NCBI GenBank assembly: GCA_964019335.1
Contig: OZ025724.1
Location: 186,001-250,000 of the forward strand
Direction of reading: 5' to 3'
DNA length: 64,000 nucleotides
Source: Diplonema japonicum
Lineage: Eukaryota; Protista; Euglenozoa: Diplonemea
Position numbers and translations under genes: made by a program. This document shows positions 31,280-41,503 of this stretch, piece after piece. The first letter of the stretch is position 1. Every line of letters starts with the position of its first letter. Under the pieces are notes generated by a model. It worked only from the letters and a program-made list of their open reading frames with translations. It had not been told where the DNA came from and did no database searches.

Positions 31280-33012
31280 TGGAAAACGGGTGGAGCCAGA
31301 GATGGTAAATTATAATAGAGGTAAAAAGAAAATGTTTTGGACAAAAAAAAAGGGGGGGGGGAACAGATTTGTTGTTAAATTTAAATAGTCCTACGTGTAG
31401 TTGGGTAGTTTTCCCCCTTCCTTGCGGTTCTTTTTTGTCTTTCGTTTTTTTCACACAAAAGACGAAACCAAGGGTGTTTTCGAAGTGACTCGCTTGGTCA
31501 CACAAATTCGAGAAGAAGAGGGAAAATAGAAGAAAGAATAAAAAGAAAAGAATATATATAAGAGATAAAGAAGGCCAGTGTTGGTGGCGCCTTGCATACT
31601 GTCTACTTCAGAACGAATGGAGAGAAAAAAAAATTCACTATGATAGGAAACGAAGTGGTTTGCAACGGCACACCAAAAAACATTGATCTTATTTTTTGTT
31701 CAAATGGAATATGGTCAGCAAAAAGAAAAAAAAAAAAAAAAAAAAAAAGAGACATTTAAGGGTACCTGCGGTATGTGGCAGGACGCCAAAAAAAAAAAAA
31801 GGTTATATTTAAGGGCAAATTCCACTTGAGGAAGTAAGAAAAAGTCCATAATTACTCCTTTGTGCCGAGTAAGGGTTTACTTCTGCAGGTATTTTTTGTT
31901 TTTTTTTTTTTTTTTTTTTTTTCCTTTTTCTTTTACAAGAACGAGTCTTGACTTGTCTAAACGAATGTTGACAAGTTTTTTTTTTTTTTTTTTTACATGC
32001 CATATTATTTGTGCACAGAAAGAAGAGAGAAAAAAAAAAAAAAAAAAGGGGGAAAAAGAAAAGTAAGTTGCTTTTTCCGTTCTCCTTTCCCCCCCTTTCT
32101 GCGCAAGATAAAAAAAGAAGAAAGAAATAAACAGAAGAGAACATCAAATCAATGGGAGGAGGGGAAATAAAAAAAAAATGAAAAAAAAAAAGAAAAGAAA
32201 GAAAAAAGAAACTGTAGAGGATGAACTAGTATACTCACACTATAATCACAACACAAACAGTAGAGTTCCGGGTGCACTGCATGCTCACCCTGGCACTCGT
32301 TTTTTTTTATTTTTCTCTCTGAAAAAAAAACAAAAAAAAATTGCTTCTGGTTACATACGCACAACGCGATATTTTTTTCACAGTTTCTGTGCTCTGGTGA
32401 GATGTGAAATTCTTAACCCTCCTATTTCACTCATTTCACCTCAAGGAAAAACCCAGGTACAAAGAAAATCGCCAGAAATTGCCAACACCGTAATAACCAC
32501 AAAAAAGATTTGCAACAAAAAAATATGGAAAGCTTTTTTGCATCTTGTCGAAATACAGGCTGAGGCGAGGGTCTTTGATTTTTGTTTTGTTTTTTGGAGA
32601 CCGTTTCGAAAAAAAAAAAAAAAAAAAAGAAAAAAAAAACCACAGAGACTGTAGTTCAAAAAAAAAAAAAAAAAATTGCTTCGGTCAGAAACTTTATTCG
32701 CTCAAGGATTCTGTCATTATTTACGCACGAATAAAAAAATTCGATAAAGCTTCAGTGTGCAGGGGGCTCACTGAAAAGAAAACAAAAACAAAAAAAATGC
32801 CACGAAAAATGAATAAAAAAAAAAAAAAAGTACTGTGAATGTAAGGAAACAAACAAACAAAAGGAGAAAGAGAAAGCACATAACAATTTTCGCAAAAAGA
32901 GAAAAAAAAGATCGGGTAGGGGGCGGGAGAACACAATTGAAACTCAACTAAAATAAATAGCTGGGGGTTATAACGGGATATGGGTGGGGCAGGGGGGAAA
33001 TGGTTTCATATT

Positions 33013-36000
33013 TTATATACTGACAGCCTCTCTTCGGAAGCTTGTGCTCGAGGAGACCGGTGAATAATCCGAGTATGGCGAGTGTTGTGGGTGTGAGTGT
33101 GGTGCAGAGTATACTTGTTGTTCGTGCATGCCCTCTGTCATTTCCATAATTTCACGCAAAGTAACATCATTGGAGCCACGCTTCTTCCAGATGACGAAGG
33201 CCAGCATCCCACACATGGCAAGGAGGGAAACGATAGCTACAAGGATCCAGATCCACACGGTGCTGCCCCCATCGCTGCCGCACTCAGCTGCTTCACCGAC
33301 CTTTGTGACGGTCCCGTCGTTCTTGCATGTGCACACATAGTCCCCTTGCACCCCGAAGTCCTTGTCTTCGCACAGCTGGTCTTCCTTCGTGCCACACACC
33401 TCCTTCTCCTCACACTCGTCCTTCCCCTGCGCACCCGGTGCTTCCATCGGCAATGGCACACTTGTCTCCGGTGCAGTGCCAGGACCCATCGTGGGCATCG
33501 CCGTTGCAGGCGCTTTGGTGTCAGGAGCGTCAGTCGTTGGTGGGTAGGTCGACCCAGCAGGCAACGTGGTAGGTTCTGCAGTTGAAGGGGCATTCGTCCT
33601 CGGTGCATCGGTATTCGGTGGGTAGGTCGATCCAGCAGGCAACATAGTAGGTTCCGCAGTTGAAGGGGCACCAGTGGCGGGTGGGTTAGTACTGGGGGCA
33701 TTCGTCCTTGGTGCGTCAGTCGTTGGTGGGTAGGTCGACCCAGCAGGCAACATAGTAGGTTCTGCAGTTGAAGGGGCATTCGTCCTCGGTGCATCGGTAT
33801 TCGGTGGGTAGGTCGATCCAGCAGGCAACATAGTAGGTTCCGCAGTTGAAGGGGCACCAGTGGCGGGTGGGTTAGTACTGGGGGCATTCGTCCTTGGTGC
33901 GTCAGTCGTTGGTGGGTAGGTCGACCCAGCAGGCAACATAGTAGGTTCTGCAGTTGAAGGGGCATTCGTCCTCGGTGCATCGGTATTCGGTGGGTAGGTC
34001 GATCCAGCAGGCAACATAGTAGGTTCCGCAGTTGAAGGGGCACCAGTGGCGGGTGGGTTAGTACTGGGGGCATTCGTCCTCGGTGCGTCAGTCTCTGGCG
34101 GGTAGGTCGACCCAGCAGGAAGCACAGTGGGTGCCATCGTATCAGGTGCAGTGGTGACTGGTGCTGAAGTAACAGGTGCCACAGTGTCACGGGAGGCAGT
34201 GTCGGGTGAGTATGTCTTCCCAGCGGGGAGAGCTGTAGGTGCCATCGTGTCAGGAGCAGATGTTGCTGGTGCCACAGTATTGGGTGCTGTTGTATCAGGG
34301 GCATTAGTGGCAGGTGCTGAAGTCACTGGAGCCATGGTAGCAGGTGCCATCGTGTCAGGTGCGAATGTCTTCCCAGCAGGAAGAGGCGTGGGTGCAACTG
34401 TGTCAGGTGCAGATGTTGCTGGTGCCATAGTGTCGGGTGCATTAGTGGCAGGTGCTGAAGTCATTGGAGCCATGGTAGTAGGTGCCATCGTGTCAGGGGC
34501 AGCAGTGTCGGGTGAGAATGTCATCCCTGCGGGGAGAGGTGTGGGTGCGACAGTATCAGGTGCAGATGTTGCGGGGGCTGTTGTGTCTGGAGCCATGGTA
34601 TCAGGGGCGCTAGTTGCAGGTGCTGATGTAACAGGTGCCATCGTAGCAGGTGCCGTTGTGTCAGGCGCGCCAGTAATAGGAGCGGAGGTGTCTGGGGCAG
34701 GTGTAGCGGGAGCAAACGTTTTACCTGCGGGGAGAGGCGTGGGGGCAACAGTGTCAGGGGCAGATGTTGCGGGTGCCGTTGTGTCCGGGGCCATGGTATT
34801 CGGTGCTGATGTGTCAGGGGAGGCAGTGATCGGGGCTGTGGTAGTTGGTGCCATCGTGTCAGGGGCGGAAGTGTCGGGTGCGAATGTCTTCCCGGCGGGA
34901 AGGGGCGTGGGTGCAACAGTGTCAGGGGCAGATGTTGCGGGTGCCATCGTGTCAGGGGAAATAGTAACTGGTGCCATTGTGGTGGGGGCTGAGGTAGCTG
35001 GTGCCATCGTGTCAGGGGCGGAGGTGTCGGGTGCGAATGTCTTCCCAACAGGAAGAGGCGTAGGGGCAACAGTGTCAGGGGCAGATGTTGCGGGTGCCAT
35101 CGTGTCGGGTGCTGAAGTCACTGGAGCCATGGTATTCGGTGCCATTGTGCTGGGAGCTATAGTGTCAGGGGAGGCAGTGTCGGGTGCGAATGTCTTTCCA
35201 ACAGGAAGAGGCGTGGGTGCAACTGTGTCAGGTGCAGATGTTGCTGGTGCCATAGTGTCGGGTGCCATCGTGTCGGGTGCAGTAGTAGCGGGTGCTGAAG
35301 TCACTGGCGCCATGGTATTCGGCGCCGTTGTGCTGGGAGCCATCGTGTCAGGTGCCATCGTGTCAGGTGCCATCGTGTCAGGGGCGGAAGTGTCTGGTGC
35401 GAATGTCTTCCCAACGGGAAGAGGCGTGGGTGCCATCGTGTCAGGAGCAGATGTTGCTGGTGCCACAGTATTGGGTGCTGTTGTATCAGGGGCATTAGTG
35501 GCAGGTGCTGAAGTCATTGGAGCCATGGTAGCAGGTGCCATCGTGGTGGGGGCTGTGGTGTCAGGTGCCATCGTGTCAGGGGCAGCAGTGTCGGGTGCGA
35601 ATGTCATCCCCACAGGAAGAGGTGTGGGTGCGACAGTATCAGGTGCAGATGTTGCGGGGGCTGTTGTGTCTGGAGCCATGGTATCAGGGGCGCTAGTTGC
35701 AGGTGCTGATGTAACAGGTGCCATAGTTGCGGGAGCCATTGTAGCGGGAGATGATGTATCTGGTGCCACTGTGTCAGGGGCAGCAGTAACAGGTGAGGGG
35801 GTGTCAGGAGGGGTGGTGGTTGGTGCCATCGTATCAGGAGCGAGTGTCATCCCAATAGGTAGTGGAGTAGGCGCAATCGTAATAGGTGCCATCGTGTCAG
35901 GTGCTGCTGTATCAGGAGCTGTTGTGTCGGGTGCTGTTGTGTCAGGAGCCGTTGTGTCAGGAGCTGTCGTGTCAGGAGCTGTTGTGTCAGGAGCTGTCGT

Positions 36001-37713
36001 GTCAGGAGCCGTTGTGTCAGGAGCCGTTGTGCCAGGAGCTGTCGTGTCAGGAGCTGTTGTGCCAGGAGCTGTCGTGTCAGGAGCCGTTGTGCCAGGAGCT
36101 GTTGTGTCAGGAGCTGTCGTGTCAGGAGCTGTCGTGTCAGGAGCCGTTGTGCCAGGAGCTGTCGTGTCAGGAGCTGTTGTGTCAGGAGCTGTCGTGTCGG
36201 GTGCTGTCGTGTCAGGAGCTGTCGTGTCAGGAGCCGTTGTGCCAGGAGCTGTCGTGTCAGGAGCTGTTGTGTCAGGAGCTGTTGTGTCAGGAACTGTCGT
36301 GTCGGGTGCTGTCGTGTCAGGAGCTGTTGTGTCAGGAGCTGTTGTGTCAGGAGCTGTCGTGTCGGGTGCTGTCGTGTCAGGAGCCGTTGTGCCAGGAGCT
36401 GTCGTGTCAGGAGCTGTTGTGTCAGGAGCTGTTGTGTCAGGAGCTGTCGTGTCGGGTGCTGTCGTGTCAGGAGCAGTCGTGTCAGGAGCATCGGTCATCG
36501 GAGCAGGTGTAGGTGCTATCGTCGGTGCATGAGTGTCTTCACAGCCTCTCCACTTGAGTAACTCAGCACCGACAGGCTTCGACCAGCTGCCCGCCGAGTC
36601 GTCGTTGGCCACCCAGAAGAAAGCCCCCCCGTTGCAGGGGTAGGCGTCGTGGAGGTCCTGCAGCACTTTAATGGTCGCGGCAGCATTGGCATTAGAGCCC
36701 GTCGCGCTGCAGTCGTTGATGCAGAAGCCGAAGATAACCTTCTTCGGGTCACCGCCGAAGATGTCGTTGACCATGTCCGTGTAGTGCGTGAGTGCGGCAA
36801 CGGAACCCGACCCCGTTCCAGAGATGCCGTCCTTTGCAGCCATCGTGACACCGTTGTAGTATTGTGGCATGAGAAAGTCGAGCGAGCTGCTCACAGACTT
36901 AAGCGTGTTGAAGTAGCCTGTGCCCTTAACAAGGTCAATATCCATCGGGGCGTGGGTCACCTCCTTGTCCGATGAAAGAGAGGAACGCAGCCCGGTAGTC
37001 ACATCGGCCAGGAACTTCTGCGCTTCAGCTCCTTTCGAAAATGAAGACCCCCTCTGCCCGTTCTCATAGTAATACTCGTAGTCGATGTCCACACCGTCGA
37101 AGCCCTGCGCGTCCACGATGGTTTTAAGCTGCGAGACAACAGAAGCCTCTTTCCCGTAGCAGTACTCCCAGCAGTCGTTGTTCCCGTCCCAGGAGCCTCC
37201 CATGCCGGCACCGCCGAAGGAAAGGATGACCTTTTTGCCAGCGGCCTTCCATGCGGCGACGAGGGTGGGGTTCACTGCGTTGCTGCAGATCGGGACGGGT
37301 GAGGCGATCTTACATGCTGCATCACAGTTGTTCTTCCCTGGGGCCCATGTGTAGGTTACGGCGAAGGACACGAGGATGTGGGTGTACTGTGCGTACTGCT
37401 CGATGGTGGGGCAGGCGTGCCAGTTCCCGAGGTATGCGATGAGCCGATGGTCGTGAGAAGCACCGACGTTCGCCCCTGGGGGCAGCGGGGGGGCTGGGGT
37501 GCTGGGAACCGTACCTGCCATCGCTGGGCACCACGTGTCCCCTGCACCTTGACAACCAGCCTGCGTCCCACTACCCATGTAGCAAGGTGCCGCCCACCCT
37601 GCGTGGTAACACTCAAAACCAGAACCTTTGTTGACACACTCTTGGCATTGTGCAACCGTCTGCCCGTCGACCGACCATGCCACCGCTACTAGCAGTGCAA
37701 AAACAACACGCAT
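33013..37713 (-). CDS. Membrane-anchored GH18 chitinase-like protein with ~1000-aa Pro/Thr/Ala stalk, EGF-like module and TM helix (1566 aa)
   Basis: Signal peptide MRVVFALL after (T)nCCCGCAG; KVILSFGG and DGVDIDYE (DxxDxDxE); DECEE..C..CED..DYVCTC; TM VWIWILVAIVSLLAMCGMLAFVIW-KKR. Confidence 0.9.
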   Translation of the reverse strand: MRVVFALLVAVAWSVDGQTVAQCQECVNKGSGFECYHAGWAAPCYMGSGTQAGCQGAGDTWCPAMAGTVPSTPAPPLPPGANVGASHDHRLIAYLGNWHACPTIEQYAQYTHILVSFAVTYTWAPGKNNCDAACKIASPVPICSNAVNPTLVAAWKAAGKKVILSFGGAGMGGSWDGNNDCWEYCYGKEASVVSQLKTIVDAQGFDGVDIDYEYYYENGQRGSSFSKGAEAQKFLADVTTGLRSSLSSDKEVTHAPMDIDLVKGTGYFNTLKSVSSSLDFLMPQYYNGVTMAAKDGISGTGSGSVAALTHYTDMVNDIFGGDPKKVIFGFCINDCSATGSNANAAATIKVLQDLHDAYPCNGGAFFWVANDDSAGSWSKPVGAELLKWRGCEDTHAPTIAPTPAPMTDAPDTTAPDTTAPDTTAPDTTAPDTTAPDTTAPGTTAPDTTAPDTTAPDTTAPDTTAPDTTAPDTTVPDTTAPDTTAPDTTAPGTTAPDTTAPDTTAPDTTAPDTTAPDTTAPGTTAPDTTAPDTTAPDTTAPGTTAPDTTAPGTTAPDTTAPGTTAPDTTAPDTTAPDTTAPDTTAPDTTAPDTTAPDTTAPDTAAPDTMAPITIAPTPLPIGMTLAPDTMAPTTTPPDTPSPVTAAPDTVAPDTSSPATMAPATMAPVTSAPATSAPDTMAPDTTAPATSAPDTVAPTPLPVGMTFAPDTAAPDTMAPDTTAPTTMAPATMAPMTSAPATNAPDTTAPNTVAPATSAPDTMAPTPLPVGKTFAPDTSAPDTMAPDTMAPDTMAPSTTAPNTMAPVTSAPATTAPDTMAPDTMAPATSAPDTVAPTPLPVGKTFAPDTASPDTIAPSTMAPNTMAPVTSAPDTMAPATSAPDTVAPTPLPVGKTFAPDTSAPDTMAPATSAPTTMAPVTISPDTMAPATSAPDTVAPTPLPAGKTFAPDTSAPDTMAPTTTAPITASPDTSAPNTMAPDTTAPATSAPDTVAPTPLPAGKTFAPATPAPDTSAPITGAPDTTAPATMAPVTSAPATSAPDTMAPDTTAPATSAPDTVAPTPLPAGMTFSPDTAAPDTMAPTTMAPMTSAPATNAPDTMAPATSAPDTVAPTPLPAGKTFAPDTMAPATMAPVTSAPATNAPDTTAPNTVAPATSAPDTMAPTALPAGKTYSPDTASRDTVAPVTSAPVTTAPDTMAPTVLPAGSTYPPETDAPRTNAPSTNPPATGAPSTAEPTMLPAGSTYPPNTDAPRTNAPSTAEPTMLPAGSTYPPTTDAPRTNAPSTNPPATGAPSTAEPTMLPAGSTYPPNTDAPRTNAPSTAEPTMLPAGSTYPPTTDAPRTNAPSTNPPATGAPSTAEPTMLPAGSTYPPNTDAPRTNAPSTAEPTTLPAGSTYPPTTDAPDTKAPATAMPTMGPGTAPETSVPLPMEAPGAQGKDECEEKEVCGTKEDQLCEDKDFGVQGDYVCTCKNDGTVTKVGEAAECGSDGGSTVWIWILVAIVSLLAMCGMLAFVIWKKRGSNDVTLREIMEMTEGMHEQQVYSAPHSHPQHSPYSDYSPVSSSTSFRREAVSI
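33530..34120. repeat. Coding tandem repeat, 186-bp (62-aa) unit x ~3
   Basis: aggttctgcagttgaagggg recurs at 33571, 33757 and 33943. Confidence 0.9.
35900..36490. repeat. Coding 15-bp minisatellite, (D/G)TTAP x ~39
   Basis: gtcaggagctgt(c/t)gt units, encoding the pentapeptide stalk. Confidence 0.95.
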
Positions 37714-37802
37714 GACTGCGGGAAAAAAAAAAAAAAAAAAAAAAAGAAAGATTTCCTGTGAAAAATGAGAAAATGGGGAAGTAAAATGAAAGAAAAGAGA
37801 GG

Positions 37803-38141
37803 TCAGCAAAGCATGCTGTGTAACTCTTCTAAACTGCTCGCTACCTTCACACCACAGGGCAACTCCGAGGCTGCGGTAGTGGTGAACAAGATGAACTTGC
37901 TTATCTGTAAGCCCTTCACAGCTTCGTATAAATCTAGCCCTGCTGTCTGCGATTCTTTTCTCCGCATGTTTGACACGACACACACGCCTGGGTCGCTCTG
38001 CTCCACTGCCTTCACTGCTTCTTCCGTGCTGGTGACCTTCACCACCTCATGCAAGCATTTATCTACGTATTCACGTATTTCTCTCACGTGCTTCCCACCC
38101 CTAGCGGCTTCAAAGGCTTTGTCAGCCCATATTATTCTCAT
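37803..38141 (-). CDS. Stand-alone CheY-like (pseudo)receiver domain protein (112 aa)
   Basis: RIIWAD..VVKVTSTEEAV..CVVSNMRR..AGLDL..FILFT follows the receiver beta/alpha pattern. The phospho-Asp position is Asn. Confidence 0.6.
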   Translation of the reverse strand: MRIIWADKAFEAARGGKHVREIREYVDKCLHEVVKVTSTEEAVKAVEQSDPGVCVVSNMRRKESQTAGLDLYEAVKGLQISKFILFTTTAASELPCGVKVASSLEELHSMLC

Positions 38142-38412
38142 TTTTTTTTCCCTTCTCACTTTCTCTTATATCTGAATGGAGAAAAAAGGAAGGGAAAAAA
38201 AAAAAACAACAACAAAAAGAAATAGAAGAAAAAAATAAAAAAAGAAGAAAAATAGAAGGCTTGATCGAGGGTGTGATGTCAGGTGGGAGGGGGAGGGGGG
38301 GAAGAGAAAAAAAAAAGAGAAGTAAATATCTGATGAATAACACACTACATGGAGAGAAATTGATTATAAAAAAAAGGGGGGGGTGCGTAAAAAAAACAAA
38401 AAAAACATTCTG

Positions 38413-38446
<34 letters not shown>

Positions 38447-38447
<1 letters not shown>

Positions 38448-40554
38448 CAGCACGCCAGGGTGTAACGAGCGACAGGCTGGCTGACGAAAGTAGACCGGGG
38501 CTTCAAAGGCCCAGAAGAGAGATCCTTAGAATCTATTTCAGGAATTGCCGCGTGCCGGTGCGTAGGAGTCCCAATGAAGACAGTAAGCTGACCGACTATA
38601 GGGGCCAAAAGGTGCAGAGTAGAAACCGACATGTAAGTAAGACGGTGGAGGGACAGGATAAGGGGGTGGAACTCAGTGTCTGTAGAAATCAAACCAGAGT
38701 TCCCATCGAGGAAGGACCCCAGCCAATGTGACAACGTTTCGGGCTGGGGGACACCCCGTGAATCCAATTCCTGAGGTTTGGAGTACTCCGCACGAAGAAC
38801 CAACCTGAGGTAAAAATATTTAAGAAGGTTCAATTTTACTTTCTTGGTGACCCCTTCAGATAATTCGACCGCGGTATCGACCGGATCAGGGAGCCTACCG
38901 CAAGACAGCAAAGTATCGGTCATCGCCATTGCAGTTTTGCTTGGTTTGTCAGAAACCTTTTCCCAGATGATTTGAAGCACCTCTGCAGCTAATGATGACG
39001 GCAAGGCCCCTGCAACATTGCTTGTCACAGACCGGAAAAGATCGAGCTTACCTTCCTTTACGAGAAACGGAAGCAGTTTACCGCACATTGCAGGTGTTAA
39101 AACAAACAAATCTGTCTTTGCAATGCTGGCAAGGACCTTCCAAGCTTTTTTGTCAATACAGATTTCGATTGATTTCTTAACGGCTTCTAGTGAAGGTGGT
39201 GTTGAGGACTTCAACATTGCAGTGGCGTCGGAGAGGGATTTGACTGTGACGGGTTTTTGGTTCAGCGTCTTGAAACGGGAAAGAATGTCCTGCGTCTTTT
39301 GCGTAGATGTCTCGATTTTAATGACGGTTGCATGGGGTTGCTTCTTGACGTCTGACTTAAGCATCGCACCGGCGAGAGTTTTGGCCCCGACTTCGGATGT
39401 TTCGAAAAATATTTTATCGTCAACTGACAACCAGTGCTGGCCTCGTAGGGTAGCGTACCTCATGACCCGCGAGCCTATTTTCTCAGCGTTTTCAATCGGT
39501 GTGAACGATTTCACGCTTCCAGACTGCGTACTGAACGTCAGATCGATCGATAACGCTTTAGCAACACCCGTTTTCTCGTTAAACGTTACGATATTTGCTA
39601 CGTTTTCGTCTGTGAAGGCCACCGTGGCCTTGTCCGATTTCACGTTCAGTTTCTCGCAGCCCTTCACCTCCTTGAAGTCGAAGCCTTGCGCGACCGGGCT
39701 CTGCTTCACAACTCCGTTCTTCGTCACGAGAACCCAATGCTGGTTCGCCTCCAGGTGCAACGCCGTGAAGTCCTCCACCTTGTACTTCCCTACAGCAAGC
39801 ACTGTGAACGATCGGGGGAGCACCCGGTACACCCTGACCGTGTTTCGGGCTTCTTTTCTTATGGCGTACACGAAGTAGGATTCATCGTCGATTTCCACAC
39901 CTGCAGCCGCCCAAATCACTTCACCGTCTGCACCATCGTCAAATGGGTCTGACAACGGGCCTGCCAGCTCCGTTGTGTAAGGGTTGAAGATGTGAATGAA
40001 GTCGGCACCCTTTGTGAAGACTGCGACAGCTTGGGTTCTGAGGAAGCCGGTTGCTGGGTTGACCTGGGGGGGCAGGATGTGCGTCACCTCCGACCCCACA
40101 TGAATCCCTGTTTGGAAATGTAAAAAAAAAAAAAAAAGAAAATTCTTTTTCCCCCCCCAAAAAAAAAATACCTGGTGCCAAATGAACTGCTTTGTCAAAC
40201 CCTGCAGACCACGTTACAAGGTGGTCAGGGCGAACCGCCGCCATATATCTGCCGGGGGGGTGAAGGGTATGGGGGTGGGGGCGGGGTGGACATACCTCTT
40301 CTGCGCAACGACGTTTCCGAACTTATGGGAACACACGGATACTATTTCACTGCCTGTTTTCACGGGCCATTCTCTGTCCTTGGCGTCAGTGTAGTGTACC
40401 TGTTTTAGGAAGATGTGATGGGTGGGTTCCAGTGTTTCGTTCTCTTTTGTCATACCCTAACGCCCTTGTCCTTCATCACCACCAGCACACTGTCTCCGTC
40501 ACCTGTCATTGTCGTCACCGTCCCGTGCACTTGCGCTGAGAGTTGCATGCTCAT
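38447..40554 (-). CDS. NOL11/Utp8-like SSU processome protein; exons 40554-40456, 40399-40296, 40248-40172, 40107-38447 (646 aa)
   Basis: Introns 40400-40455, 40249-40295 and 40108-40171 give one 1941-nt frame. N-terminal WPVKTGSEI and C-terminal VPQPETLSHWLGSFLDGN..LILSLHRL resemble NOL11 as I remember it. Confidence 0.6.
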
Positions 40555-40621
40555 TTTATTTGATTTTTCTTTTTTTTTTTTTTTTTTTTTTCCGTCTCCC
40601 GCCCTCCCACAACGGGTTTCC

Positions 40622-40652
<31 letters not shown>

Positions 40653-41283
40653 CCTTCTTTCAAATGCTATGTGAAAATATGTTGGGGAAAAAAAAAAAAA
40701 AAAAAAAAAAAACATTTCGCATTACACACACACATATGATGCAAACTACACATATTAGTTAAAGGAGGTTCTTGTGAGACGCCCCCTTGTTCTCCTCCAC
40801 TACCTATGCATCAAGACTACTAGTTCGTTGAAACGACACAAAAGGCTGCCTTACCCTAGGTTACCAAGTGAAGCAGTTTTTGTTGTACCCTCTTTAGGGA
40901 GTCAGTGGAATCTGACCAGAAATTCGGCCCAAGGGGCCCCCCGTTCATCATTTCTTTTTTGTTGAAAAAAAGAAAGAAAATGCGGTGACTACCGTCTCAT
41001 AGTAAATATAAAGGAAACAAAAAAAAGAGAAAAATAATTCTTTATGACTATATGTCTTTGTTGTTCGCACGAACAAAAAAGGTTTTTTAAAAAGCTGCGA
41101 AAGTTTTTGCTCGGCACAAGTTGCATATAGTTATAAAATCATTTTTTGAAAGATAAATATTTGTAACTAAAAAAAAACTCACACGAGGCACTCGAGGAAA
41201 CAGAAGCAATCTTGCCTCTCTACAAGGGAAACAGGTTGCCTTCTGCAACACTTAGAACCCCACAAGTAGCGATAAAAAAAAAA

Positions 41284-41333
41284 CTATTCTTTTAAGGTAT
41301 GCGTTTTTGCGCTCACCGGCCGCGCTGTACTTA
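41284..41333 (-). mobile_element. Solo 3'UTR stub of the OTU-LINE
   Basis: 44 nt identical to 22149-22192, with similarity continuing to the stop codon; T-runs on both sides of the sense strand. Confidence 0.85.
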
Positions 41334-41434
41334 AAAAAAAGAAGAAGAAAAAAAGGGGGGGGGTATATAACCATCTTTCGTTTAAAAAGAAAAAAAGAAA
41401 GAATCATCGGATTTCTTTTGTAACATTTATCGTC

Positions 41435-41470
<36 letters not shown>

Positions 41471-41503
41471 ATGCTACGTTTATACTGATAAAGCTGCAGC
41501 ATC

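Noticed and set aside
35900-36490. CRISPR-like array
   Set aside because: Contiguous 15-bp coding units without spacers; eukaryotic context, no cas genes.
34127-36532. 801-aa plus-strand ORF (GAVVS repeats)
   Set aside because: Antisense shadow of the stop-free chitinase repeat.
37714-37983. N-terminal extensions given by the ORF track (chitinase, PAE copies 1 and 5-8, glycosyltransferase)
   Set aside because: They run through homopolymer or neighbouring-gene sequence; downstream ATGs give proper signal peptides matching paralogues.
38414-38449. Processed retrogenes suggested by poly(A) right after stop codons
   Set aside because: Genes at 38447 and 6867 retain introns, and A-runs are ubiquitous.
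40900-40951. Box C/D snoRNA (TGATGA...CTGA on minus strand), also at ~21595
   Set aside because: Boxes too close, no terminal stem or recognisable rRNA guide; a retroelement remnant fits better.
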